Shown: piece by piece, positions 26,268 to 39,500 of the stretch
Layout of the letters: each line of letters starts with the position of its first letter
Numbering within the stretch: the stretch's first letter is position 1
From: Mobula hypostoma
Lineage: Eukaryota
DNA: 64,000 bases
Assembly: GCF_963921235.1 (NCBI RefSeq)
Contig: NC_086097.1
Span: 145,392,001-145,456,000, forward strand
Reading direction: 5' to 3'
Program-made: the position numbers and the translations under genes
Notes under the pieces: generated by a model
Database searches by the model: none
Seen by the model: the letters and a program-made list of their open reading frames with translations, nothing else
What the model was told of the DNA's origin: nothing

Positions 26268-29200
26268 GGGACTCCGCCTTCCACCTGTGGATCTGTAAGA
26301 CATAGTGTCTTTCTGTCTGCCTTTAATTTCTCCCTTTCCCAACTTAAACTTTGAAATTTTAACTTTATTCAGTTGGATCTTGCAAAGTGACAATTATAGT
26401 TATGGCTACCTTGAGAAGCACTAAAAGGAATCCCCATACAGGAAATGGTAAGTCTAAAAAAACTAATGAAGCTACAGAGGAGCCAGCCTGGGTTAATAGA
26501 TTAGAGACTCAAATGAGCTCTATCATTGCTGAACTAACTCAACTAAAAGAAAGTCTTCTCCCTTTGGAAGAAAAAATTGATTCTTTGAGCTTGGATCTTA
26601 AAGATGTAACTCGCAATGCCGCTGATATTTCCTCTCGTCTGGAAAAGGTTCAACAGCAAATTGTTGATTTGGAAGCTCGCTCCCGTCGGTACAATATTCG
26701 AATTGTTGGATAGAAAGAGAAATCAGAATCAGCCGACACACTGGACTATTTAGCTAAAGTGTTCAATCTCCATTTCCCGAGGCTTTTCCACAATCACCCA
26801 ACATTGAAATAGCTCATAGGGTTGGAACTTCAAGACAAGGCAAAAATAGACATTCTATTGTGTGTTTCCTCCGTTTTCAAGACAAAGACTATATTATTAA
26901 ACTGGGAAGAAATCAAAGACTGTTTAAATTTCAAGGCTCTGAGATTCGTTCCTTTCAAGATTTTCTGCATGAAATTGTTCAGAAACGTTCTGAATTTGCG
27001 ACCGGAATGCATATGGCTGATCAAAAACAGATGCATCCTTTTCCTAAATATCCATCTAAATTAAGGATTTTTGTTAAAGATATATAGAATAGTACAGCAC
27101 AGTACAGGCCCTTCGGCCCACAATGTTGTGCCGACCCTCAAATCCTGCCTCCCATATAAGCCCCCACCTTAGATTCCTCCATATACCTGTCTAGTAGTCT
27201 CTTAAACTTCACTAGTGTATCTGCCTCCACCACTGACTCAGGCAGTGCATTCCAGGCACCAACCACTCTCTGAGTAAAAAACCTTCCTCTAATATCCCCC
27301 TCGAACTACCAAACCCTTACCTTAAAGCCATGTCCTCTTGTATTGAGCAGTGGTGTCCTGGGGAAGAGGCACTGGCTATCCACTCTATCTATTCCTCTTA
27401 TTATCTTGTACACCTCTATCATGTCTCCTCTCATCCTCCTTCTCTCCAAAGAGTAAAGCCCTAGCTCCCTTAATCTCTGATCATAATCCATATTTTCTAA
27501 ACCAGGCAGCATCCTGGTAAATCTCCTCTGTACCCTTTCCAATGCTTCCACATGCTTCCTATAGTGAGGTGACCAGAACTGGACACAATACCCTAATTGT
27601 GGCCTAACCAGAGTTTTATAGAGCTGCATCATTACATTGCGACTCTTAAACTCTATCCCTCGACTTATGAAAGCTAACACCTCATAAGCTTTCTTAACTA
27701 CCCTATCCACCTGTGAGGCAACTTTCAGGGAGATGTGGACATGTACCCTCTGGGGTTCATATTTTTGAGGATCCAGCCGATGCGTTGCGTTTTATTAATT
27801 CTCTCCCTGATGAGTCTGAAGCCTGATGTTTAAAGGACTTACAATTGTTTGATCGTTTCGTGATATAAGAAATGATGAGATTGGAAGAATTGAGGACTAT
27901 AGAAAATCTTGGTATTAAACTGTACCTTTATTTTTGAAATAGACTGGTCTGGACGGTTTTAATTTTAGGATATCGTATGGGATCTGTTGGAAGACTGTAG
28001 AAACTTTAAATCATTTAGAATTTCTTTCTGTTTGCTACATTTATGAACTAATTGTTTTTTTTTGCTTTGTATGTTTTTGTTACGAACTTTTAACTTACTA
28101 TTCGGGGTTTTTTTTCACTTTTTATAGATAGACATAATATGTTAAAGATGGTGACTGTTTTTTCTTCTGACCAAATATTTTAAGAATTTGTTTTGGACTT
28201 ATCTAATGTTATGAAGGTTACTTTCTAAACTGAAGGTCATTTCTGTTAACTGTTTTTCCTAATTTAATTGTAATGGGGTTGTATGTCGACTGTAATGAGT
28301 TGTATGCTCTGGAGAGGGAGGCAGAATACCTTTTTTCATCTGTACCTTTTATTTAGGCAGGTGGAGTTCTGAATTGATCCTATGCATTTCTTGGGGCTTT
28401 CATCAATAGATATCAACTTATTTATGGGCTTTGTAGGTTGGGTGGGTTTTTTTTCTTTTTTCTATTTCATTTTTTTATTCCCATTATGGAATTCCGGAGC
28501 GTACGCAAATTGCTATTATCGTTGCTTATCGCCGCCATTTACGACTACCTTATCCTGACATGCATCTAATTGTTTTCTTTAAATATAAAGTTTCATGATG
28601 TTACTTAAACAGTTAAATGTTTTAAGTTGGAATGTTCGTGGTTAGAATCATCCTATTAAACATAAGAAAACATTTAAAATTATTAATCGATTCCAACCTG
28701 AGATAATTTTTGCACAAGAGATGCATGTCAGTTTATGTGATAAAAATCGATTTTTTAAATTTTGGAAGGACCCTCAGATTCATGCAAACTCTCAAAGTCA
28801 AATTAGGAGTGTTTCCATTTTTATTGATTGCAATATTCCATTTAATGAGGAGGATATTATATCTGATATTATTGGTAGATTTTTGATTGTTAAAGGAACA
28901 ATTTACAATAAGAAAATGGTTTTGGTTAATATACATGGACCAAATGCTGATGATCCTTCTTTTTTTGAAAGATATTTTCACTCTATTACCTGATTTAAAT
29001 GAACATATGTTATTAATGGGTGGAGATTTTAATACTTGCTTAAATCCTTTATTAGATAAATCATCATCTAGACATCAACTCCCTAATCACGCTGCATCAC
29101 TTATTAATTCCTTTTTAATTGATTATGGTTTAATTGAAGTAATATGCATCCTAGTGATAGAGAATATTCCTTTTTTCACATGTTCATAATAAATATTCAA

Positions 29201-32200
29201 GAATCGACTATTTTATAGTTGACCCTCGACTTTTATTTAATGTTCAGAAATGTGAATATGATGCAATTGATATCTTATCATGCTCCCTTAAATTTAATAT
29301 TTGAATTGAAAGATGTCGTTTCTACAAAACCACCTTGGCGTTTTCCAGAACATTTGTTACAAAGATCAGATTTTGTTGAGTTTATTGAAACTCAGATAAA
29401 AGAGTTTTTTCTCTTTAACAATACAGGAAACATCTCAAAGTTAGTAATTTGGGATACGTTAAAAGCTTATTTACGTGGTCAGATTATTTCTTATTTAGCT
29501 AAATTGAAGAAACAGACAAGAATGGAATTAGATAAAATTGCTAAACAAATTAAAGATTTAGATAATATCAATGCAATCTTTCCAAATGTTGATTTGTTTA
29601 AAAGAAGAGTGGAATTACAATCACAATATAATTTATTATTAACATCCTATTTAAGGATATTTGCTTAAATTAAAAAGTCAGTTTTATATTTTTGGAGATA
29701 AAAATAATAGGCTCTTAGCTTCCCAATTAAGGGCTGCTAGAGCTAAAAGACAAATTTTTAAAATTTGTAAAGATAATGGAGCTATAGTAAGTAATTACGA
29801 AGATATTAATAATATTTTTCAGGAGTTTTATTCCGATCTTTATAAATCTCAGTTTCCCGCAGATCCCTCCAAAATGAAGGCTTTTTTATATGATTAAATT
29901 TCCTCAAGTTACTGCTGAAGATCAACAGACCCTTGATGCTCCAATTGTTGAGCATGAAATTCAGAAAGCTATATGGTCAATGCAATCAGGTAAAGCTCCT
30001 GGACTCGATGGTTATTTGGTAGGATTTTACAAAAAATTGGAAAAATTACTTTCTCCATATCTTTTGGAAATATTTCATGAATCTTTTGAGAAAGGTAATT
30101 TACCTTCTTTTTATGAAGCCTCTGTTTCTTTAATCCTTAATAAAGATAAAGATCCTACTGAATGTTCATCTTATGGACCTATTTCGTTTTTAAATGTGGA
30201 TGCTAAAATTCTTTCTAAGATAATGGCTAACCGCTTGGAACACATTTTATTTTAAATTATCTCTATGGATCAAACAGGCTTTATTAGAGGCTGTTATTCT
30301 TTTTCTAATGTTCAGAGATTGATGAACATTATATATTCACCATTATCCGAAACACCCCAATGTGTTATTTCTTTGGATGCAGAAAAGGCATTTGATAGAG
30401 TTGAATGGACTAATTTGTTTAATGTATTACAAAAATTTGGCTTTGGTAATAATTTTAATAAGTGGATTCAAATGATCTATAAGAACCCTATCGCTACTAT
30501 TATTACTAATAATTTTAGGTCTCCCTTTTTTTCACTTTCACGAGGTACTCGACAAGGGTGTCCATTAAGTCCTTTATTATTTAATCTTGTACTGGAGCCT
30601 TTGGCGATAACAATTCATGAAGCTAAAAACATTCATGGTATTTCTATAAATGGGACCATACATAAGATCTCTCTTTATGCAGATGATCTTTTGGTTTATA
30701 TTTCGAATCCTGAAGAATCTATTCCTAATCTTTTGGAATTATTAAATGATTTTGGAAAATTTTCAGGATATAAACTTAATTTAAACAAAAGTGAATTGTT
30801 CCCTTTAAATATTCCTGTTTTTATATATAATGATAGTCCATTTAGAATTGTGAATTCTTTTAAATATTCGGGTATTACCATTACAAAAAAAATAAAGATC
30901 TTTATAAAGCTAATGTAGTTCCTTTATTGGACTCTATGAAACAATTACTTTCTAGATGGAATCCTCTTACACTTTCTTTACTAGGTCATATTCATGCCAT
31001 GAAAATGATGATTTTACCTAGATTTTTATATATTTTTCAAAATATACCTAGTTTTCTAACTAAAAATTTTGTTGATCAAATTGATTCTACTATTTCGTCC
31101 TTTATTTGGAATAATAAAAAACCAAGAGTTAGTAAGTTTTACTTACAAAAATCCAAAAAAATGGTGGACTTGCACTACCTAATTTAAGACTATTATTGGG
31201 CTGTTATATTCGACAACTATGTTTTTGGGTATATTGGCTCAATAAGACCAGCTTGGATTGATTTGGAATTAAAAGCTATAAAACAATTTCATTTAACTTC
31301 ATTATTAGGAGCTCCATTACCTTTACAACTTGCTAAAATTCCCAATTTAAATCTCTACCCTGTTATTAAACAGTCCTTATGGATTTGGTTTCAGTTTCAC
31401 AACTCTTTTAATTTTAAACAATTTAAATTATCTAGCCCTGTATTTCGAAATTTGCTATTTAAATCTTCAATTACTGATCCCATTTTTCTTTTATGGAGAA
31501 ATAAGGGGATTTGTTCTTTTGCAGATTTATTTAGTGATGGTCGATTGATGTCTTTTGAAGAGTTAATTATCAAATATTCTCTCTCTCATACACATTCCTT
31601 GCAATATTTTCAGGTTAGACATTTTTTACAAAAATATGTTTCTACGTTTCCAAATATGCAAGAATCTGATTTGTTGGATACTATTTTGAATATGAATCCT
31701 TTAGTGAGAGGTTCATTGGTAGAATTTATAATTTATTTTTACTCAAAAAAATAACCTCTCACTAAAGATTAAACAAGATTGGGAGAGAGAACTTAATATG
31801 ACTTTTGTTAACGAAGATTGGTTGTGAGTTCTGAAAATGGTTAATTCTTCTTCGATATGTGCTAATCATTGTTTAATTCAATTTAAAATTGTTCACCATT
31901 ATTATTTAACAAAGGAGAGGCTATCCAAAATATTTCCTAATATAGACAACTATTGTGATAGGTGTAAAAATGAAGTAGCTACTCTGTCACATATGTTCTG
32001 GTCATGTCCCTCATTGAAATCTTTTTGGAAATCTTTATTTTCTACAATTTCTAAAGCTTTGAAAATTAATTTACAACCTAATACATTGACTGTTCTATTT
32101 GGAATAGTTCCGCATCACATTCAGGGTATTTCATTTTCAAACCAACATGTAATTGCATTCGTTACATTGTTGGCAAGAAGGGCTATTTTATTGAAGTGGA

Positions 32201-32697
32201 AAGATACCTCTGCTCCTACACTAATTCAATGGTTTTCCCAAGTAATGTTATGTCTTAGTTTGGAAAAAAATTAGAAGTAGAACTTTTGATCCCCAATTCG
32301 ATTTTGAGAGAAGGTGGGGCTCTTTTGCCAAATATCATTTAATATGAATTAATTTATATAGTTTCCTTCCAATTTTATGTTATATAAATGTGATTTGGCG
32401 GTTGTTGTTTTTTAAAAATCTTTTATATATATATATATATATAGATGATTGTAAGATGTATTGCTCTGGGTGTTGGTTCCTAATGGGTTTTCTTTGTAGT
32501 TAGTGGGTTTTTTTTTAGTAAGTTGGGGTTCGCTTTTTTCCTCTTTTTGTTATATAAAAAATGTTGTTTTTTCATTAGCATATGCAAGTTTTTTTTCTTC
32601 AGCTTTATTAATTATATATATACTAATTTGTTGAACTTTTGTATTTTATAGCTGTAGAAGATTATATATCAATAAAAAGATTTTAAAAATGAAATGA
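26268..32697 (+). mobile_element. Full-length but decayed L1/Tx1-clade LINE (ORF1 + APE-RT ORF2)
   Basis: ORF1 coiled coil with LEARSRRYNIRIVG. ORF2 fragments: SWNVRG, GGDFN, GKAPGLDG, SLDAEKAFDRVEW, RGTRQGCPLSPLLF, YADD, CDRC..HMFWSC. 3' AATAAA plus GAAAT tail; TSD ATAAAACCTG(G) at both ends. Confidence 0.92.
27083..27750 (-). mobile_element. CR1 LINE 3' fragment nested in the L1 ORF1
   Basis: ORF 27306-27710 (LYKTLVRPQLGYCVQFWSPH...ERVQRRFTRMLPG) is the CR1 ORF2 C-terminus. L1 ORF1 resumes after it (GVHIFEDPADALRFINSL). Confidence 0.85.
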
Positions 32698-33254
32698 ATA
32701 AAACCTGGAAAGGTCAGGGCCATAGCACCATAAAGCTTTGAATATTGTCTGCATTAATCAAAGCTTCATCTTGCATAATCTTTGTCCTATATTGTTATTG
32801 GTAGTTTGAGGAAATGCTGGGGAATGTCCTGTATCTATTCTGAGAGTATCTCCTCTGTTGCCTTTATTTGTCAGGTCTAGTTTTCTCTTCCATACAATTA
32901 AATAGGGTGAAAGTTCACACAATGAGGTAAATGGACAGCTAATTTAATAGTCAATAGTCCTACTATTGCCCAAGGGTAAAATTAACCCTGATATCTTCCT
33001 AGATAACACTTCCATGATGCCAATACCTAAATTTCACACAGGTACTCCTGAAATACCAACTCAAATACATGGCATATGAACTGCAAAAGGCAAGCATATC
33101 GGTGCAGTTGCAAAGTACTGCTTCTATCAGAAAAAAAAACTGCCAGAGGTTTTAGTACATGATACCAATTGCTTCAGCAGAACATACATCAATTTGCTTC
33201 CAAATTTGTACATGAATGGAAAATACATACTTTTGTGCTACTTCTGACATCTGG

Positions 33255-33800
33255 CAATTTATAGATGCACCGTAGAAAGCATTCTTCTAGGGTGCATCAC
33301 AACCTGGTATGGAAACTGTCCTGTCCAAGACCAGAAGAAGCTGCAGAAGATCGTGAACATGGCGCAGCACATCACACAAACCAATCTTCTGTCCTTGGAC
33401 TCACTTTACACCGCACGCTGTCGGAGCAGTGCTGTCAAGATAATCAAGGACACGACCCACCCAGCGAACACACTTTTCATCCCTCTTCCCTCCGGGAGAA
33501 GGTTCAGGAGCTTGAAGACTCATACGGCCAGATTTGGGAACAGCTTCTTTCCAACTGTGATAAGACTATGGAACGGATCCTGACCCGGATCTGGGCCGTA
33601 CCCTCCAAATATCTGGACCTGCCTCTCGGTTTTTTTTGCACTACCTTACTTTCCATGTTTCTATTTATGATTTATAATTTAAGTTTTTAATATTTACTAG
33701 CGATTTGTAATCCAGGGAGCGGGAAGCGCAGAATCAAATATCGCTGTGATGATTGTACATTCTAGTATCAATTGTTTGGCGACAATAAAGTATATAGTAT
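33255..33800 (+). mobile_element. Rex1/Babar-type LINE 3' fragment
   Basis: ESIL.GCITTWYG, KIIKDTTHPANTLFIPLPSGRRFRSL, followed by a 3' UTR. Confidence 0.8.
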
Positions 33801-34705
33801 AAAGAACAGTAGGGCCTAAATCACAGGCTCATACGAGAATGAGGCATGAGAGGCAGATTGTGATGTCCTGATTCACACAAAATTGTTTTGAGAGAAGCAT
33901 CATTAAATTTGAAATTGGACCATGCCATTCTTGGTAACACTATGTTAATTGCACTCCGGCAATTTGAAGGTTAGCAGTGTGAAAATAACAGTGCTTAATA
34001 TTACCTGATTAATTTAAATGGATCTTGACTGATCTGTACTTAATCGGAGGCAGGTTTAACTGTACACATATCCTCAATTCTTATTAGTAATAACAAATGG
34101 AGTTTCAGAGGTGATGGAGGAGGTACAAAATACCAGAATCTGAAATTAGCTGAAAATTGAACAATGGGTCCATCTTCATTGCCTTCTTGTTGCTCTGCAT
34201 TGCTGCCCGGCCAGAAGAATGGCATAAAGGGAAAGTGCAAACTAAAAAAAAAGTTGAATATGGGATGACGGTCTCCGGCTTACACTAATCCCGTGTGGCT
34301 TCCTACATTTATCTGGTCAAGAACTTCCAACTGGCTATATATTCTTTGGTGTAGATGTGGTAAAATTTATGAGATTGAATTTTGTTTTGTTTTCAATTAC
34401 CCGACCATGTTTGCTAGGTTATCACACTTTTGCAATGCAGTGCAAGTATTTTATTGCAAACTTTTCATAGTGCCATTGGGAGACTTCTTGGCCCTTGTGG
34501 GTAGAGAAAGTCAAACACCAGTCACAAAACAGCTCTCATTAAGGAGATGCTTCTATGCTAGTTAGGTCAATACTGTTTTCACCGGAACTGGCTGCCGACA
34601 GAATTGGGTTCCTTGACTATAACACCATGAAGCTTTGATTCATTGGCAGAGAATATAAGACTTGCCCAGCCATTAAGTACCTATTTATTGAGGCCCACAC
34701 ATTAC

Positions 34706-34894
34706 CTTAAGTCTAGCAGAAGTAACGTGAAGCAGCTTAAATAGGTTGAGTGGTGACGTGCGCTTATTGTACCGCACAACAGCTACAGAAGCCACCTGGC
34801 TACCAGTGTAAGTGGAAGAAGAAACACTGGCAGTCAAAGTAAGGAATCCAACAAGCAAAATAATCTTCTGTAAAATCTTCATAGTACCCTTCAT
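34706..34894 (-). CDS. Cathelicidin-like (cathelin/cystatin-fold) secreted protein, coding exon 1: signal peptide plus start of cathelin domain
   Basis: Translates to MKGTMKILQKIILLVGFLTLTASVSSSTYTGSQVASVAVVRYNKRTSPLNLFKLLHVTSARLK. Hydrophobic signal peptide; AVVRYNKRTSPLNLFKLL resembles cathelicidin AIDGINQRSSDANLYRLL. Ends at phase-0 donor AAG|gtaatg. Alternative ATG at 34882; possible upstream acceptor AG at 34918-34917. Confidence 0.85.
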
Positions 34895-35519
34895 GAACAA
34901 CAAGAATGTATGTACTCTGATGCAAGCGAAGCAAATGAGTGGCTTAACTCACAAAGAAAGTAAATGTCACTGAAAATGGTTAATTATTAATATTTCAGTT
35001 TGCTAATCATTTTTGTTGTCAACCTGGTCATTCCTCAGATTGCAAAACTTGTTTTTCTGAACTTGTGCCCCTTAAATCCTAAAGTCCAGTGTGGAAATGA
35101 TTCTCAAGCTAAAGTCTGGACTAGTAACATGAATGTGATTTCAAACCCCATCTATTATAGTTTGAGAACTTAAATTCTGCTGAAAGTATCTAAATTAAAA
35201 AGATGGTATCAGTAAAAACTACTGGAGTAATTTCAAATAGCTTGTTCACCAATTTCCTTTGGAAAGGAAATCTACTTTTTATGCAGTACAACATTCTGTA
35301 GCCTTGTGACTTATACTTGTTTCCCTGAAAAAACAGGCTGTTGACTTTGATGTCTGTGCCCCAACATTACCTACTCCTTCCCTGACAATCACATATTTTG
35401 ACAGATTTGAAGTTACCAAGGAAGATCAGTTTGCCTCATGACAGAGACTGTTTAAGGGCAAAGTGAAATCCATTTTGCTTTCACTGTCTGTGCTCCTGTC
35501 TGAGTGGTGTCTTCGATCC

Positions 35520-36530
35520 GCTCCAGTTCACCTACTGAAGCAACAGGTGTACAGCAAATGCTATCTTGTTAGCTCTTCACACAACCCTGGAATATCTGGA
35601 CAGCAAAAACGCATACATCAGGATGCTCTTTACCGATTACAGCTTGGCATTTAACACCATAATTTCCTCAAAACTAATCAGTAAACCCCAAGACTTTGGC
35701 CTTAATACCTCCTTGTGCAACTGGATGTTGGATTTCTCCAATTCTAGAACCCAGTCAGTTCGGATTGGCAAAAACATCTCCTCCACAATCTCCATCAGCA
35801 CAAGAGCACCAAAGGGATGTGTACTTAGCCTGCTCCTCTACTTGTTTTTCAGCTATGACTGTGTGGCCAAGTGCAGCTCCAACACCATATACAAGTTTGC
35901 TGATGACTCCACTGTCGTGGGCTGTATCAAATGCGGTGATGAATCAGCAGGCTGGAGGGAGATTCAATAGTTGGCTGAGTGGTATAATAACAACAACCTC
36001 TGACTCAATGTCAGTAAGATCAAGGAACCAATTATAGACTTCAGGAGTAGGAAGCTAGAGGTCCATAAGCCAGTAATCATCAGCAGATCAGAGGTAGAGA
36101 GGGTAAGTAACTTTAAATTCCTGGGTGTCACTATCCCAGAGGATCTGTCCTGGGCCCATTATATAAATAGAAGTCTGCGGAGATTTGGCATGTCGTCAAA
36201 AACATTGGCAAACTTCTATAGTTATGTATTGAAAAGTGTACTGACTGGCTGTATTACAGTCTGGTATGGGAACACCAATGCCTTTGAATGGAAAATCCTG
36301 CAAACAGTAGAGGATTTGGCCCAGTACATCACGGGTAAAACCCTCTCAACCATTGAGGACATCCACATGAAACATTGCCGTAGAAAAGCAGCATCCTTCA
36401 TCAAAGATCCTTACCACCCAGGCCATGTTCTTTTCTCATTGTTGCCATCCAGTAGAAAGTACAGTTGCCTCAGGACTCGCACCAGGTTCAAGAACAGTTA
36501 CTACCCCTCAACCATCAAGCTCTTGAACAG
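35520..36530 (+). mobile_element. Rex1/Babar-type LINE RT fragment
   Basis: LALHTTLEYLDSKNAYIRMLFTDYSLAFNTI, YKFADDSTVVG, SVLTGCITVWYGN. Confidence 0.85.
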
Positions 36531-39500
36531 CACAGTGGCCATCGTCAGAGTGGTGATCTTAAGGCTTTAGTTCTTTGAGGCTTCACACAGAGAAAGCTCA
36601 AGTTTTTTTTCCCTTCTCTTCTTTCTATCTGCTCAGCTAACTCAGCAGAGATGCCAGGGAGGACAGTGAAATGCTCCTCTTGTGGGATGTGGGAAGGCAG
36701 GGAGACCTCCAGTGTCCCTGACAATTAAAATTGCAATAAGTGCATCCAGCTGCAGCTTCTAACAAACCATTTTAAGGCGTCGGAGATGGAACTGGATGAA
36801 CTCTGGATCATTCAGGAGGCTGAAGGGGTGATAGATAGGACACATAGAGAGGTAGTTACACCCAAGGTGCAGGACACAGGAAACTGGGTGACAGTCAGGA
36901 AGGGGAAAGTGGTTAAGGAACTAGTGTAGCGTACCCCTATGGCCATCCCCCTCAACAACAAAGGAAAGTCACAGTGGTCAGGTCTCTGGCACTGAGTCTG
37001 CCTCTGTGACTCCGAAGGGAAGGGGGGGAGAAGATGCACACTGTGGTGATAGGGGATTCACTGGTTAGGGGAACAGACAGGAAATTCTGTGGGTGGGAAC
37101 AAGATGATATGTTACCTCCGGGTATCAGGGTCCAGGATATCTCAGATCGAGTCCTCAGCATTCTTAAGTGGGAGGGTGAAAAGCCAGAAGTCATGGTCCA
37201 TGTAGGTACCAATGACATAGGTCGGACGAGTGACGAGGTTCTTCTTAGGGAGTTCTGCGTGTTAGGTGCTAAGTTAAAGGGCAGCACCATAAGGGTTGTG
37301 ATCTCAGGATTGCTGCCCATGCCATGTGCTAGAGAGACCAGAACTAGGAAGATTATACAGTCTAATACGTGGCTAAGGAGTTGGTGTAAGAGGGACGACA
37401 TAAGATTTTTGGATCATTGGTCTCTCTTCAAGGGAAGGTGGGACATGTACAGAAGGGATGGTTTGCACCTGAACTGAAGGGAGATTAATAACGTGGGAAG
37501 GTTTGTTAATGCTGCGCGGTGGGGATTAAAGTAGAGTTGCAGGGGCTGGGAATCAGATTGCCAGAACAGTTAGTGGAGAGTTTGTGGAGGCAGATGTTGG
37601 AGACCTCAGACAAAGTTAGGAATTAGAAGGTTGAGCACGGTGTGACTAGTGTCCTGAGCTGTGTATATTTCAATGCAAGAAGTATTGTAGGAAAGGTGGA
37701 TAATCGTGCTGAAGGTGAGTTAGCTGGTTTACAGAGGCAATATATAGTGAGGAGAGGCTGTCAATAGGGCAAAATTGCAGTCAACAGGATGAGCTGCAAT
37801 GTAAAAGACGGACAAAATTGAAAAGGGTAAATACAGGGCTGAAGGTGTTATACTGTATCTGAATGCACGCAGTATACTGAATAAGGTAGATGAACTTGCA
37901 GCACAGCTGCAGATTGGCAGGTATGATACTGTAGGCATCGCTGAATCATAGCTGAAAAATTATAGTTGGGAGCTTAATGTCCAAGGATACACATTATTTC
38001 AAAAGGTCAGGCAGAAAGATAGAGGGGTGGCGTTGCTCTATTGGTAAAAATGAAATGAAATCATTAGAAAGAGGCGATGTAGGAACAGAAGGTGTTGAGT
38101 CATTGTGGAAAGAGCTAAGGAACTGCAAGGGTAAAAAGACCCTGATGGGAGTTGTATACAGACCCTGCAAACAGTAGTAAGCATGTGGCCTACAAATTAC
38201 AATGGGAGATAGAAAATGCCTGCTAAAAGGGTCATGTTACATTAGCTAAGGGTGATTTCACTATGCAGATGGATTGGGAAAATCCATTTGGTACTGGGTT
38301 ACAAGAGGGGAAATTTCTAGAGTACCTACAAGATGGCTATTTTGAGCAGCTGATAGTTGAACCCACAAGGGAATCAGCTATTCTCGATTGGCTGTTGTGC
38401 AATGAACCAGAATTGATTACAGTAAAATAACTTTTAGGGAAAAATTATCATAATATAATCGAATTCACCCTGAAATTTGAGGAGAAACTAAAGTCAGATG
38501 TATCAGTATTACAGTGGAGGAAAGGGAATTACAAAAGCATGTGAGAGGAGTTGGCCAGAATTGATCGGAAAAGAACACTGACGGGGATGAAGGCAGAGCA
38601 GCAATGGTTGGTATTTCTGAAGCAATTTGGAAGGCATGGGGCATATACATTCCAAAGAGGAAGAAGTATTCTGAAGGGAAGATGACAAAACTGTGGCTAA
38701 CAAGAGAAGTCAATACCAACATAAAAGCCAAAGAGAGGACATACAATAAAGCACAAATTAGTGGGAAGTTAGAGGATTGGGAGGCTTTTAAAAACCAACA
38801 GGTGACTAAAAAGTCACTAGGAAGATAAAGATGGAATATGAAAGTTAATTAGCCAGTAATATTAAACAGGATAGCAAGAGTTAAAATGTAAAAAAGAGGC
38901 AGAAGTGGATATTAGACTGCTGGAAAATGATCCTGGAGAGGTAGTAATGGGGGACAATGAAATAGTGAGTGAAATGAATAAGTATTTTGCATTAGTCTTC
39001 ACTGTGGAATGCAGTATGCTCTAAGTTCCAGGTGTCAAGAGGCATGAAGTGTGTGAAGTCACCATAACTAGAGAGAAAGTTCTTGGGAAATTGAGAGGTC
39101 TGAATGTGGATAAGTCACCTGGACCAGATGGTATACACCCCAGAGTCTGAAAGAGCTGGCTGAAAAGACTACAGAGGCATTAGTAATAATCTTAAAAGAA
39201 TCACTAGATTCTAGAATGAGTCCAGAAGACTGGAAAATAGCAAATGTCACTCCACTCTTCAAGAAGGGAGAAAGGCAGAAGAAAGGAAATGATAGGCCAA
39301 TTAGTCTGACTTCAGTGGTTTGAAAGATGTTGGAGCTGATTATTCAGGATGAGGTCTCAAGGTTCTTGGAGCCACATGATAAAATAGGCCATACTCTGCA
39401 TGGTTTCCTCACGGGAAAATATTGCCTGACAAATCTGTTTGGAAATTTTTGAAGAAATACCAAATAGAATAGACAAAGGATTGGTTGATGTTGTGCACTT

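Noticed and set aside
37034..37477. SGNH/GDSL esterase-like ORF as a host or horizontally acquired enzyme
   Set aside because: It is the normal ORF1 esterase domain of the surrounding CR1 LINE.
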